Assembly (NCBI GenBank): GCA_019058315.1
Contig: JAHPZH010000004.1
Coordinates: 352,001-416,000, forward strand
DNA: 64,000 nucleotides
Source of the DNA: Candidatus Helarchaeota archaeon
Lineage (GTDB): Archaea; Asgardarchaeota; Lokiarchaeia; Helarchaeales; RDOG01
Reading direction: 5' to 3'
A program made the translations under genes and the position numbers. The notes beneath the pieces were generated by a model. The model did no database searches. It was not told the DNA's origin and saw only the letters and a list, made by a program, of their open reading frames with translations. Below, one piece after another: positions 32,323 through 42,745 of this stretch (positions are counted from its first letter, which is position 1; every line of letters begins with the position of its first letter).

Positions 32323-34374
32323 TTAACTTAATTCTATATTACTTAATTTGCATCTTTCTTTAATGAAATTAAGAATCTTCTCCTTTAATTCATTATTTTT
32401 ATTATCTGGAAGCTTATAGATTTGATCTAAATCCATATCTTTGTAATAAGATTGATTTTCAACCTTTTTTAAGTAAAATCTAAAATATTTTCCAACTAAT
32501 TCCAAGTCATAGCTTGTATTAGCTTCAGGGATTAAATTTAAAATTGAGAATATTTTTTTCTGTTCTTGGTCCGGTAGGTTTTTTAATGTAATTAGTAAAT
32601 TAAAAAAATCATCAATTTTAATCGAATTATAAATTTTTTGTACAATTATCGAAATTTTATCTATATTCTCATATTCATGAATCATCCGATTCTTTATTTC
32701 ATCTATAGTCATAAGACGAGTAGTACTGCTATTAATATCTCTAATATAACATTTATCTTTGTAAGCAATCAGATTTTTAGATTTTTTAATATTAACTTTT
32801 ACTAACTTCTTCCTCTCATTCAGATCAAATACTTCATAATTAATAATTGGTTTTTCTCCCCCAAAATTTTTTAAAATTCCAGAAATCCTATTGTTTATTT
32901 CTTGTGCTTTGTCTATACCTATAATTTTTTTATCATCTTTAATCCCGAAAAAAATATCCCCTCCTTCCTGATTGGCAAAAGCTGAGATTAGGGTACCAAT
33001 TTTATCGGCACTATAAAATTCTTGCTTGAAATCTAAATTATGTGATTCCATTTTTTTAACTATGTCTTTAATTTCGGGAGGAATTTTCATTTGTAGTTTT
33101 TTAATTGGTTTTGCAATTATTTGCTTATCCATTTTATATATTATTTTTTCTATAATTTTGTATAATTCATCATAATACTCTGGTATGCCATTTATAGAAT
33201 CTTGATGGATTTTACCTCTACTAATATCAAAAATAACTAGAGATTTATTTAAATTTATGAGAGTTTCCTCAATGTCATTTTTAGAATATTCATAAATTTG
33301 AGGAATTCCCATCAGATAAGGAATTAATACAATACAACTTATCGACTCATCTTCGATAAGATTCCAAAAATCATGCCGAGATATCCAAGGTGTTAGGATT
33401 ATAAGATGGTAAGATTCCAGTGAATATTTTCTAAGTAGATCTATTTTCCATATTTTAGGTGCACTTACCAGAATTCTTGATACTTTTGAAAGGTTATATT
33501 TCGGGTAATTCTTTTCACAAAATTTTTGAAGTACTTGATTAATTTCATCTATTATTTTGGAATATAAGCTAATTTTTTTTCTATTATCAAAAACTCTTAT
33601 TAAAGATTTGTATTTTCCAGTTCCATTTCTAATATTTTTCAGAATTAACTCGAGATTCATTAATTCCTTAATAGATTTATCTTGATAAAGATTTTCAAGC
33701 TGTCCAAAAAAGTAAGATTTCTCAGGCTCTGAAAAATCACAGTAATTGTCAATTTCATAAAAGAGAGATTCTAAATATCTTGGAAATATTATTTTTAAAT
33801 CTCTTTTAGAACAATTTTTTGAATGTACCCATTCAAGGAGATTTATTATACCTAATTTGTTAAGAATTTCTATAGGATCTTTTATTTTTTCAGAGGATTT
33901 ATTGAAAATTAATTGATAAAGATATTTAAACTCTTCTATTTCTATCTTTGTATATTGTTCGTTTAAATTGGAATAATTTAATGTATCCTTATAATTAAAA
34001 AAAAGCCAAACTAAGTTTTTTTCTTCTTGGGTGGCTTTATTTAGCATTTTTAAAGTATTTGACTTTAAAGGTGTCTTTACTTCGTTTAGGATTAAATCTT
34101 GAATTAAATAGTCGTTAATTACAAATGCATCATCAAAATTTAATTTTGATTTGTAAATTTTATTTTTTAAGGTTAAATAGATTTTTTTAGCTTTATCTAA
34201 GGAATAATTATATCTTTTCATTAAATTATCGATAATATATGCATGATTTGCTTTACAATTAGTTGTCAAAATTGATGTTTTACTCGTAGGATTGCTTACC
34301 CATTGATAAAGAGCATCTAGCATAACTATATCATTACCAATTAATTGCATTAAGTTATTTATGTAATATTGCAA
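32323..34374 (-). CDS. large protein with AlbA_2 (Schlafen-like) domain
   Basis: ESHNLDFKQ, ISAFANQEGGDIFFGIKD..IIGI, CYIR. Confidence 0.75.
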   Translation of the reverse strand: MQYYINNLMQLIGNDIVMLDALYQWVSNPTSKTSILTTNCKANHAYIIDNLMKRYNYSLDKAKKIYLTLKNKIYKSKLNFDDAFVINDYLIQDLILNEVKTPLKSNTLKMLNKATQEEKNLVWLFFNYKDTLNYSNLNEQYTKIEIEEFKYLYQLIFNKSSEKIKDPIEILNKLGIINLLEWVHSKNCSKRDLKIIFPRYLESLFYEIDNYCDFSEPEKSYFFGQLENLYQDKSIKELMNLELILKNIRNGTGKYKSLIRVFDNRKKISLYSKIIDEINQVLQKFCEKNYPKYNLSKVSRILVSAPKIWKIDLLRKYSLESYHLIILTPWISRHDFWNLIEDESISCIVLIPYLMGIPQIYEYSKNDIEETLINLNKSLVIFDISRGKIHQDSINGIPEYYDELYKIIEKIIYKMDKQIIAKPIKKLQMKIPPEIKDIVKKMESHNLDFKQEFYSADKIGTLISAFANQEGGDIFFGIKDDKKIIGIDKAQEINNRISGILKNFGGEKPIINYEVFDLNERKKLVKVNIKKSKNLIAYKDKCYIRDINSSTTRLMTIDEIKNRMIHEYENIDKISIIVQKIYNSIKIDDFFNLLITLKNLPDQEQKKIFSILNLIPEANTSYDLELVGKYFRFYLKKVENQSYYKDMDLDQIYKLPDNKNNELKEKILNFIKERCKLSNIELS

Positions 34375-34622
34375 AATAGATCCCTACTTGATTGTATAAC
34401 TAGAATTATAAAAATCCAATATGAGAAATTAGTATAGAAAAAGGAATGATACAATAAAAATCATTGTAATTTAAAAATTGCATTTTTATTTGTCTTTCTA
34501 TAATTGTTCAATTAAAATTTTCTCCGATAAAAATAATGCAATTTATTAAATTATCGGATCTAAAGAATTTCGGGTTATGTATATATATAAAACACATAAC
34601 ATAAAAATATAAGGGAAGTAAT

Positions 34623-35768
34623 ATGCCTCAAAAAGGTCAACTTGCATATATTAATCCAAAAATATTAAAATGGGCACGAGAAGAATCGGGATTAACTTTA
34701 AAGGAGGCTTCAAGCTCAGTATTAAATCAAAGAAAATTGGAGAATGCTGAACAAGGTTTAGATAAGTTAACTTTTAGACAATTAATATTAATTGCAAAAA
34801 AATATCGGAGACCTCCAGGTTTTTTCTATCTTAAAAATCTACCAGTTGAAAAAGAGTTACTTAATGATTTTCGAACTCTTGATTCTGTTAAAGTGAAATA
34901 TAGACCAAGATTGAGAGAACAAATTTTGAAGATAAAAGAGAAACGTGAATTTGCTGTTAATTTTAAAACATATAGTAAAAAATATGATTATTCTTGGATT
35001 AATCATATTTCAATAAAGGAAAAACCAGAAATTATTGCTAAAAAAATATTAAATTTATTTAATATCAAAATGGAACATCGCAAGAAGTGGAAAACGCCTT
35101 ATGATGCACTTAATGCTTGGAGAAATGTAGTAGAAAAAATGGGAGTTCTAGTATTCCAAATTTCTGGAATATTAGTCACCGAAATGCGAGGATTTTCTAT
35201 ATCTGAAATTCCTTTTCCAACAATAGCATTAAATCGAGGTGATGCGCCTTTAGGACGTGTTTTTACACTAATTCACGAGTTTTGTCATATAATGCTTAAA
35301 AAAGGTGGTATATGCACGATATTTGAAGGAGATAGTGATCATTTTAAGGTTGAAAAGTTTTGTAATGCAGTTACTGGTGCTGTGCTAGTTCCAAATGATA
35401 TATTAATTAAATCTGGGATTGTTCTAAAACATAAGACTGGTGAAATTTGGCTCCCAGACGAATTAAATTCATTAAAAAAATATTTTTGGGTGAGTCAAGA
35501 AGTTATTCTACGTCGTTTATTAATAAACAATTTGACTTCAAATGATTTCTATCAAGAAAAAAGAAACGAATGGGCTAAATTAATAAGAAAAAAAGCAGGA
35601 GGACCTGAAAAACCTTATACAAAGGTACTAAAAACAAATTCACATAATTTTATTAAAATTGTGTTAAATGCAATGTATAATAACAAAATCAATTTAGTTG
35701 ATGTTTCTTATTATTTCGACATGAGTTTAAAGCATTTGAAGAGTTTAGAGAAAAATTTAGAGGGGTAA
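34623..35768 (+). CDS. XRE-HTH + ImmA/IrrE (M78) metallopeptidase
   Basis: INPKILKWAREESGL; FTLIHEFCH; EKFCN; VSQEVILRRL. Confidence 0.88.
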   Translation: MPQKGQLAYINPKILKWAREESGLTLKEASSSVLNQRKLENAEQGLDKLTFRQLILIAKKYRRPPGFFYLKNLPVEKELLNDFRTLDSVKVKYRPRLREQILKIKEKREFAVNFKTYSKKYDYSWINHISIKEKPEIIAKKILNLFNIKMEHRKKWKTPYDALNAWRNVVEKMGVLVFQISGILVTEMRGFSISEIPFPTIALNRGDAPLGRVFTLIHEFCHIMLKKGGICTIFEGDSDHFKVEKFCNAVTGAVLVPNDILIKSGIVLKHKTGEIWLPDELNSLKKYFWVSQEVILRRLLINNLTSNDFYQEKRNEWAKLIRKKAGGPEKPYTKVLKTNSHNFIKIVLNAMYNNKINLVDVSYYFDMSLKHLKSLEKNLEG

Positions 35769-35788
35769 AAATTACAAAAGCACGGCTT

Positions 35789-36259
35789 ATGCCATTATAT
35801 CCAAATGGTGTTTATAGTTTTGATACGAGCGCATTTATAGAACCATGGAATAGACATTATCCCAGAGATATTTTCCCATCAATATGGGACGGAATTCAAG
35901 AATTAATTGTAAATAAGAAAATTCTTGTGACTAATATGGTTGAAATTGAATTAAAAAAACAAAGAGATGATTTGTATCGATATTTAAGGAACCTAAACCC
36001 ATTTGTCCAGCCTACTAAGGATGAACAAGAAGTTGTTAGACAATTAATAAATCACCCTGATTTTGATAAATGGATAATTAGCTATAAACATATTGCAGAT
36101 CCGTTCGTTGTTGCTCTTGCAAAAGTTCATAGTTTATCTGTAGTCACCTATGAAGATACCAGAGCTGAAAAAAATAAAATTCCAGCAGCTTGTCGCTTAT
36201 ATAGAGTTGATTGTATTAAATTTGTTGATTTTCTTAGAAGGGAACAAATAATAATTTAA
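35789..36259 (+). CDS. PIN-fold protein (DUF4411-like), partner of XRE-ImmA
   Basis: YSFDTSAFI, Y..DIFP..W, ADPFVVALA, VVTYE, KIP..C. Confidence 0.85.
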   Translation: MPLYPNGVYSFDTSAFIEPWNRHYPRDIFPSIWDGIQELIVNKKILVTNMVEIELKKQRDDLYRYLRNLNPFVQPTKDEQEVVRQLINHPDFDKWIISYKHIADPFVVALAKVHSLSVVTYEDTRAEKNKIPAACRLYRVDCIKFVDFLRREQIII

Positions 36260-36336
36260 ACAAATTTTTAATATAAAATGAATAAACAAAGTCCATAGAT
36301 TATTTTTAAATTCAAATATACTTAAAGTATATACCG

Positions 36337-36396
36337 GGCAGAAATAGAGGATTTAAGCGCAGAGTACAACGTGCTGCTTCCAAAAATAAAAAATAA
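36337..36396 (+). pseudogene. 3' remnant of the small basic gene at 41206-41313
   Basis: Encodes GRNRGFKRRVQRAASKNKK*, against GKNKGFKSRAQRAASKNKK* in the intact gene. Confidence 0.7.
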
Positions 36397-36451
36397 AAAA
36401 ATACCCCCTCTCTTCTTTTTTTCAATTAATTTTATTTTTTAAATCAAAATT

Positions 36452-37663
36452 TCATTTTTTGTATTTTTTTTTAAAAATAAAACCCTTTCTAAATATATGT
36501 GTAGCCCATTTGATCTTAAATTCATTATTTTTAATTCGATTTTCTAAAAAATCAAGGGCTTCTGTTGGTATATCTTGTTTTACTTTCAAGTCCTCAAATT
36601 TATTTAATATAGATTTATAAAATGATTGCATTTTTTTTCCATAACTATTACTCCATTCATAAGATATTTCCAGGGGAAATTTAATTTTTTTACAAAATCC
36701 GATAGATTTTTTCTTGTAATATTTATCATCTTCTAGAATTAATGAAATTTTATCATAAATTGCATGATAATCATCTGTTCTCTTACGAGGATCACCTTTA
36801 GCACCAACGATGATAATCAATCCCCTCTTTCTTAATGAATCGGCAAAACTTCTTAATTCCAATTTTAAATTATTAACTAATGAAATTTGAGTGAAAAAAT
36901 TACTAAAAATTACTAAATTATAGCGATTAGAATGTCTCCAATATGGAAAGTCATATTCAAATGAATATTGACTGAAATAATTTTCACCAATTTCATATTT
37001 AGTTTTTAAACTCATAAATAATTCTTGTTTACGTTTTCTAAAATCTAAACCCTTTGCATTATTAAAACTTCCATGTTGATAAGGCACTGACCATCTAAAA
37101 TCTATTGGTCTATATTTTTCATAATCCATTCTATATCTTTCTTCGTTTGTACCGTTTGCAAATTCAAGAAATCTATGTAACCAATTACGCCAACCATAAC
37201 TATTCTCAACATAATCCGTTTTAAATTTAAGTTCCTTAAAAACAAGTTTATTGGTTTCTTTTCCATATATTTTTAAAAGTGTATATATGTCTGAAATCGC
37301 AAATAACGAGGGAGCGGGACCTGTTCCAACACCTATAATATCTATTTTTTTTCTTTTAATTGGTAATTTGTAATATTTTAATAATAATTTCGAAATTAAT
37401 TGAAATCTATGGTATCTATCGAGAAAATGCAATATTGTATATGCTTCTGGTACTCCTTTTTTATTATAATCGACAGTATTACACTTTTTTATTACATCTA
37501 GTAAGTTTTCAGCTATTGATTTTGCTCTCTCCCTAGAAACCAAAACATAATTAATTAAATAATATTCTAATATATCTGATAAATAACAAAATCTTTTATA
37601 GAAATAATTATTTCTTTCTATCCAATTAATAATTTCTGTTGTATTATAAGGGGGGATTTTCAT
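36452..37663 (-). CDS. hypothetical protein, SAM-methyltransferase-like motif I
   Basis: 'DIIGVGTGPAP' and 'YNLVIFSNF'. Confidence 0.5.
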   Translation of the reverse strand: MKIPPYNTTEIINWIERNNYFYKRFCYLSDILEYYLINYVLVSRERAKSIAENLLDVIKKCNTVDYNKKGVPEAYTILHFLDRYHRFQLISKLLLKYYKLPIKRKKIDIIGVGTGPAPSLFAISDIYTLLKIYGKETNKLVFKELKFKTDYVENSYGWRNWLHRFLEFANGTNEERYRMDYEKYRPIDFRWSVPYQHGSFNNAKGLDFRKRKQELFMSLKTKYEIGENYFSQYSFEYDFPYWRHSNRYNLVIFSNFFTQISLVNNLKLELRSFADSLRKRGLIIIVGAKGDPRKRTDDYHAIYDKISLILEDDKYYKKKSIGFCKKIKFPLEISYEWSNSYGKKMQSFYKSILNKFEDLKVKQDIPTEALDFLENRIKNNEFKIKWATHIFRKGFIFKKKYKK

Positions 37664-37708
37664 GAAAGTACCATCTGATTTCGTTATAATTTCATTTCGT
37701 AACTATTC

Positions 37709-38761
37709 TTATAATGGTATTAAACCGCTCCATCTTCTAAATCGAATTTTTTCCTTTTTTAATCTTATTATACCTTCTTTATTAAGTGGTCTACACTCTG
37801 GACCAATTCTCACATAATATTTAATTTCACCATTTATTACTCCATGACATCGTGGCATTCTTGGAATGAAAAAGACAAGAATTACATTTCCATTTTCGAG
37901 TGTTATTTCTTGAAATAGATCGTTCTTTGTAGGTTCAATAAAAGGTTTTATATGGTGAAATGCTTTCAAAATATCTTCAACTTCACTTGGTAATACACCA
38001 TTTAGCGACTTGATAGTACTATCTTCTTCTAATACTCCTACTATAATGTGTCCTCCCTTTGTATTTGCGAATGCAGAGATAACTCTTGCAAATTTTTTCC
38101 CCCTCGCCTCTTTTGCTATAGATTTGAATTCAATAAATATACGTTTATTAAAATCAAGAAATGAACCTTCACGAATACTTCTTTTTTTCAAATTTATAAT
38201 TGTATTAATTGTTATCTTTTGAACATTTTCAGGAATAAGATATTTAATTTCTTTTAAGGAATCCCGACCCAAACTTGTTATTTTCCAATAATAATAATCA
38301 TTATCAATTAATCCCAGATCTTCAAGGTATAATCCAATTCTCACAAACAATTCCGTTTTAATTTGCTTATCTTCGGTTCTATTAGAGTTTATCTCTTTTT
38401 GAAGTTCTTTAAAAGCAAAACCATATTTTGCCGGATCTTTTTTCCATTCAGCATCTAAAAATTTGAGAATTTCAGAGCTAACTTGATCAAAAAACGGATC
38501 TTCAAGCAATTCTTCATGTGTTACTATACCTATAGAACCAATTTTAAGTTCAGGAAATTCCTCTCCGTGATAGGGTTGCCAACGAAAAAAATCCTTTGAC
38601 TTTCCGTCATATAATGCCCTCCTTAATGTATTTTCGTTTATATCTGGGATATGACCTTTAAGACTCTCCAAAATTTCTTCAAAAGATGACCTTTCGTCAT
38701 TTATTTCTTTTTCATATAGAATTTTTAATATTTGTAATTGGATATAATTGATTTTATCCAT
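37709..38761 (-). CDS. wHTH + AlbA_2 (Schlafen-like) protein
   Basis: IEFK, ISAFANTKGGHIIVGV.E, YYVRIG; 'ITSLGRD' wing motif. Confidence 0.8.
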   Translation of the reverse strand: MDKINYIQLQILKILYEKEINDERSSFEEILESLKGHIPDINENTLRRALYDGKSKDFFRWQPYHGEEFPELKIGSIGIVTHEELLEDPFFDQVSSEILKFLDAEWKKDPAKYGFAFKELQKEINSNRTEDKQIKTELFVRIGLYLEDLGLIDNDYYYWKITSLGRDSLKEIKYLIPENVQKITINTIINLKKRSIREGSFLDFNKRIFIEFKSIAKEARGKKFARVISAFANTKGGHIIVGVLEEDSTIKSLNGVLPSEVEDILKAFHHIKPFIEPTKNDLFQEITLENGNVILVFFIPRMPRCHGVINGEIKYYVRIGPECRPLNKEGIIRLKKEKIRFRRWSGLIPL

Positions 38762-38762
38762 T

Positions 38763-39059
38763 TTATGAAACCCCTAATCCTAATCTTTTTAATTCCCTTC
38801 GCAAGATCTTCGTGTATAATTTTCTTAATTTAAATTTTATCTGATAATAAAATGCAACTGAAGGTGAATAACTCATAGTGACTACGATTTTATTTTTTCG
38901 TAAGGTGCTATCAAAATTTAAAAATGAAAACTCTAGAAGTGTTGGATAAATATGTTTTAGGATTAAATGGAATTTCTTATTAGAATTTATGATGCCTTTC
39001 TCTAAAGCATTATTTATTTGATCTTTTCCTATAATATTTCCTGATTTCAACTTAATCAT
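38763..39059 (-). CDS. hypothetical protein
   Basis: 98-aa ORF abutting the downstream gene. Confidence 0.4.
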   Translation of the reverse strand: MIKLKSGNIIGKDQINNALEKGIINSNKKFHLILKHIYPTLLEFSFLNFDSTLRKNKIVVTMSYSPSVAFYYQIKFKLRKLYTKILRRELKRLGLGVS

Positions 39060-39337
39060 TATATACCAACTTATAAGATTAATCTGCTTTTAATTTAATG
39101 ATTTGAACATTCATCAAGTTAATGTCCCCTTATGTAGCTATTTTTAAATAATAATATTGTAATATAATTTAATTTCGTTGTTCTAGGATATTTTTATAAT
39201 TCTATATTTTTATCAAAATATAATCTTTTTAATTTAGTAAGTTTTTCTAATCCTTTTAATTTTTTAATTCTATTATGACTCAAATATAAACCTCTAATTA
39301 AGTTAGATTTTCAAACCTTTCAATTTTTTCAATTTGG

Positions 39338-41047
39338 TTAAAATGTAGAAATATCACTTTTAATTGTAGAAGTTGAGAGATTAGATTTCAATTCATTTAA
39401 AAAAGGTAATAATTCAGGATAATGTATAGATACTTTTTCATAGATTCCTTTCGCTTTAACATAAGATTTTCTTTTAAGCAAAGAAAAATATAGTTCTTTG
39501 ATTATATTGGTATCATATTCATTTTCGTTATATGCTCCAAGACAAAAATCTTCTAATTCTTCCCAATTCTCCAACTTTTTTAAAATATTAACTATTAAAT
39601 TAAATAATTTGAGATTACGTTCTTGATGTTCATACCAACTATAAAAAGAATATTCTTTTGCACTTTCGAAATCATTTTGAATATAAAATACTTTAGCTCT
39701 ATAATATAAGAAAAATGGTTCTAAATGAATTAAATTTGGATTATTTTTTATGATTTTTAATGAACCTCCAATGAATAATTTAGCTTTTTTTAGATCTTGA
39801 TCTATATCTACGTAATATTCAATCAATAACCGCATGGTAATTAAATCATCCTTATAAATTTTAAGGGTTTTTTCTGTAAATTGTAGGAATTCTTGATATT
39901 TTTTAAGATTAAAATAAACTAGCTGCATTGAATGTAACATATCTATGTCATTTGGTCGATGATTAAGATATTTTTCACCCCAAAGAATCGATTCATCTTG
40001 TTTTTTTAAATTTAAATAAATTTTATTAAGAATTCTAAATATTTCTAATGCTTGATTTGAATTTGGTGAAATTGATTTAAGTTCAGATTTTAATTTCTTC
40101 TCCATTTTAATTAATGATTGTTTGTCAATAGGAATATCTTTCCAAGCATAAGAAAAACCTTTATCCTGCTCTAGAAATTTCCTCATAAAGAAATTAATTA
40201 TTTCAACAAGGATTTGTATTTGGTTATAATCCAACTCAAGCATAAAATTCTTAATTAAATCAACTCCAATATAATATCCTTCATTACTTAATTGGAAATG
40301 AAAATTTTCAAATATTAATTCTTGAAGAACTGCTCTTTGAGTTCTAAATCTAATTTCCATAAGAAGTGCCTCAAAAACCATATCATCTTCCATTAAAAAC
40401 CAAGGCTCACCATTTTTATCTCTCATAAAGTATATTTTTCGAATTTCACTCCATTTTTTTAAAAAATATTCTAATTCAATATTATTAATTTTAAAATGAT
40501 TTCTAAATTCTTTTTGTAGTAATTTTATAATTTCAGGTTGAACTCTTCTCCATTGTTCTGATTTAGAATATTTAAGATTAAATCGGGATATATAATAAGC
40601 AAAAATGTAAGCTTTTTCTTCTGTTTCAAGGAATTTTATAAAATCAAAATCTTCTATTTCTAAAAAATTTTGTACACAATCAATTAGTAGTGAATTTGGT
40701 ATGGAGCCAAATTGTAAAAGGAATTTATCTCGAATATTTTTAACTTGACGTTCTATTAATTTATATCTACGAACTCGGGATGAATAATCATCCTTCCCAA
40801 GGATTTTTTCTACTTCTAAGCGTCCTTTAATAGTTAATTTATTCCACTTAATTTTATCTTCATATTCAATTTCAATAAGTCCATTTTCCCTTAAAAACTT
40901 TAAATACTTGCTTATTGTATTCCTTGATAAGTTAATTTTTTTATTTTTAATCAATGTGGTGTAATTTGTTTTACCATTTTCATGAATATAAACCAAAATT
41001 CTCTGAGCGTTGTCTAAATCATTGTAATCAACCAAATTTTTCACCAA
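39338..41047 (-). CDS. winged-HTH regulator with C-terminal TPR-like region
   Basis: LSRNTISKYLKFLRENGLIE...LTIKGR; helical repeats at the C-terminus. Confidence 0.75.
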   Translation of the reverse strand: MVKNLVDYNDLDNAQRILVYIHENGKTNYTTLIKNKKINLSRNTISKYLKFLRENGLIEIEYEDKIKWNKLTIKGRLEVEKILGKDDYSSRVRRYKLIERQVKNIRDKFLLQFGSIPNSLLIDCVQNFLEIEDFDFIKFLETEEKAYIFAYYISRFNLKYSKSEQWRRVQPEIIKLLQKEFRNHFKINNIELEYFLKKWSEIRKIYFMRDKNGEPWFLMEDDMVFEALLMEIRFRTQRAVLQELIFENFHFQLSNEGYYIGVDLIKNFMLELDYNQIQILVEIINFFMRKFLEQDKGFSYAWKDIPIDKQSLIKMEKKLKSELKSISPNSNQALEIFRILNKIYLNLKKQDESILWGEKYLNHRPNDIDMLHSMQLVYFNLKKYQEFLQFTEKTLKIYKDDLITMRLLIEYYVDIDQDLKKAKLFIGGSLKIIKNNPNLIHLEPFFLYYRAKVFYIQNDFESAKEYSFYSWYEHQERNLKLFNLIVNILKKLENWEELEDFCLGAYNENEYDTNIIKELYFSLLKRKSYVKAKGIYEKVSIHYPELLPFLNELKSNLSTSTIKSDISTF

Positions 41048-41075
41048 GATAGAATTTAAGAAAAAGTATATTTTA

Positions 41076-41091
41076 CTATACTTAAGTATAG
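41076..41091. promoter_or_regulatory. perfect 16-bp palindrome CTATACTTAAGTATAG, possible operator
   Basis: Lies between divergent genes; a related ATATACTTAAAGTATAT is at 36316-36332. Confidence 0.45.
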
Positions 41092-41205
41092 GTACATATA
41101 CCTACAAATAAAATGTTTTCTAATATCTAATTAGCCATTTTAAAAAGAATAGAATGGTGCATATTTAGAAAATAAATAAAAAAGGTGATAAATACGACTA
41201 AGAAA

Positions 41206-41313
41206 ATGACTGAAAAAGCTGCATCTAGAATTCAGTCACATTCAGATAAATCAGGTAAAAACAAAGGATTTAAGAGTAGAGCACAACGTGCTGCCTCAAA
41301 AAATAAAAAATAA
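41206..41313 (+). CDS. small basic SMP/LEA-like protein (35 aa), not in ORF track
   Basis: MTEKAASRIQSHSDKSGKNKGFKSRAQRAASKNKK*, matching the 'AASRIQS...F..RAQRAA' pattern. Confidence 0.7.
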   Translation: MTEKAASRIQSHSDKSGKNKGFKSRAQRAASKNKK

Positions 41314-41383
41314 TCCTTTTCTTCTTTTTTTAAATACTTATTATTTTCTAACAACTATTAATTAAAATAGTATAAGAATTAGG

Positions 41384-41468
41384 TGGGGGGGGCGGGATTT
41401 GAACCCGCGAACTCCTTCGAGAGTCACTTTCAAGGTGACCGCATTTGACCAGACTTTGCTACCCCCAT
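41384..41468 (-). tRNA. class II tRNA, anticodon TGA (Ser), Leu-like body, mismatched 1:72 and 2:71 pairs
   Basis: ATGGGGG-TA-GCAAAGTCTGGTCAAATGC-G-GTCAC CT TGA AA GTGAC-T CTC GAAG GAG TT C-GCGGG TTCAAAT CCCGC-CCCCCCC-A. Confidence 0.85.
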
Positions 41469-41796
41469 GGGAGCATTAAAATTATTTAAAATTCGAGAAA
41501 AATATAAATTTATTCTTATTATGATTCTATTTCATACTATTCATTTGAAAGTACAAATAAATTATATATAAAATAATATATAAATTCCCTAAAAATGTAA
41601 GATCTATAATATAAATTAGTTGTTCATTCAAATAATTTGTTAATTGTATTTTCAAACGGATTATCTAAGAATTTTAACTTTTCTGGGTAAGAATTTAAAG
41701 GCAAATTGGGAATAAATTCTCCTTTGATTAAAAAAATAAATAAAAATAAGATAAATACATAATAATTATTTTAAGAAATTTAGGATTTTCAAGTGC

Positions 41797-41952
41797 CTAT
41801 CTGTTTCCAAATCCAATTCCTGTAATTTCAATTCCATCGCTGATTTTACTCATCAAACAATTAAAATGCACTAACTTTCCTTTTTTATTTTTTATTATTT
41901 TATCACTAGATGAAATTTTTTTATTACAAATCGGGCAAATTTGATTTGGCAT
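41797..41952 (-). CDS. small zinc-finger protein (C-x2-C-x16-H-x2-C, LIM-half-like)
   Basis: MPNQICPICNKKI...VHFNC; the internal ATG at 41952 is preferred over the track start. Confidence 0.55.
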   Translation of the reverse strand: MPNQICPICNKKISSSDKIIKNKKGKLVHFNCLMSKISDGIEITGIGFGNR

Positions 41953-42115
41953 ATTATTTTCTTTAGAAGCTTTAATAGAAGAGTTATCCATTTTTTTCAT
42001 CATTAATTGATTTAAAACTAATAAAAGTAAAATAATTTTTGCATAAAAATATAACATTAAAACTAATTATATCAAGAAAAAAATATTTTTGACTTTTGTA
42101 AATTTATTTTGAATT

Positions 42116-42604
42116 TCAGACATTGGATTTTATTTTAATAGTATAGTAATAACCCCATACTTTGTCTTGTTTCTTATCAGAAATTGAGACAAAATCTTTT
42201 AAATTTTCTAGATATTTATTCCAAAAACTTAAATCTTCTTCAGGAATGAAAAAATATATACAAAAACTTTTCAAAAAATCTATTTTTTCTAAAAGATAAT
42301 TAGTTATATGTTCGTACATAAATTTCGCAAAACCTTTTTTTTCAAAACCCTCTTTAACACCGATTCTACTAATATAATACACATTTTTTATATTAGGATG
42401 TTTGATACTCTCATCACGAAATCGCGCAATACCAACAATCTCCCCATCTAGCTCAAGAACCCAAGTTATATATTCTAATGATTCATCATAAAATTCTTTT
42501 AGTGTTCCACTTGGATTTTTTTTGTTAAATGACTCCCTACTTGTCAAAAAACTTATTTCCCGATCTTTTTTTTCTATCCTTCGAATTACTTTTGACATGT
42601 ACAT
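42116..42604 (-). CDS. GNAT acetyltransferase
   Basis: YISRIGV..GFEKKGFAK. Confidence 0.75.
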   Translation of the reverse strand: MYMSKVIRRIEKKDREISFLTSRESFNKKNPSGTLKEFYDESLEYITWVLELDGEIVGIARFRDESIKHPNIKNVYYISRIGVKEGFEKKGFAKFMYEHITNYLLEKIDFLKSFCIYFFIPEEDLSFWNKYLENLKDFVSISDKKQDKVWGYYYTIKIKSNV

Positions 42605-42745
42605 TTGGATTTGTATACGTATATAAAGCTTATCTTTTTAAATAATGATTTTATTGAGGTTACCTAATTATAGCTTCTGGTTTATTAAAATTTTAGAGAT
42701 TTTTTACAAAAAATTTAGAAGAAAGTGGAGAAAAATATTTATGCA

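Noticed and set aside
28050-41468. tRNA-anchored integrated element with an att duplication
   Set aside because: No second copy of the tRNA 3' end and no integrase seen in the window.
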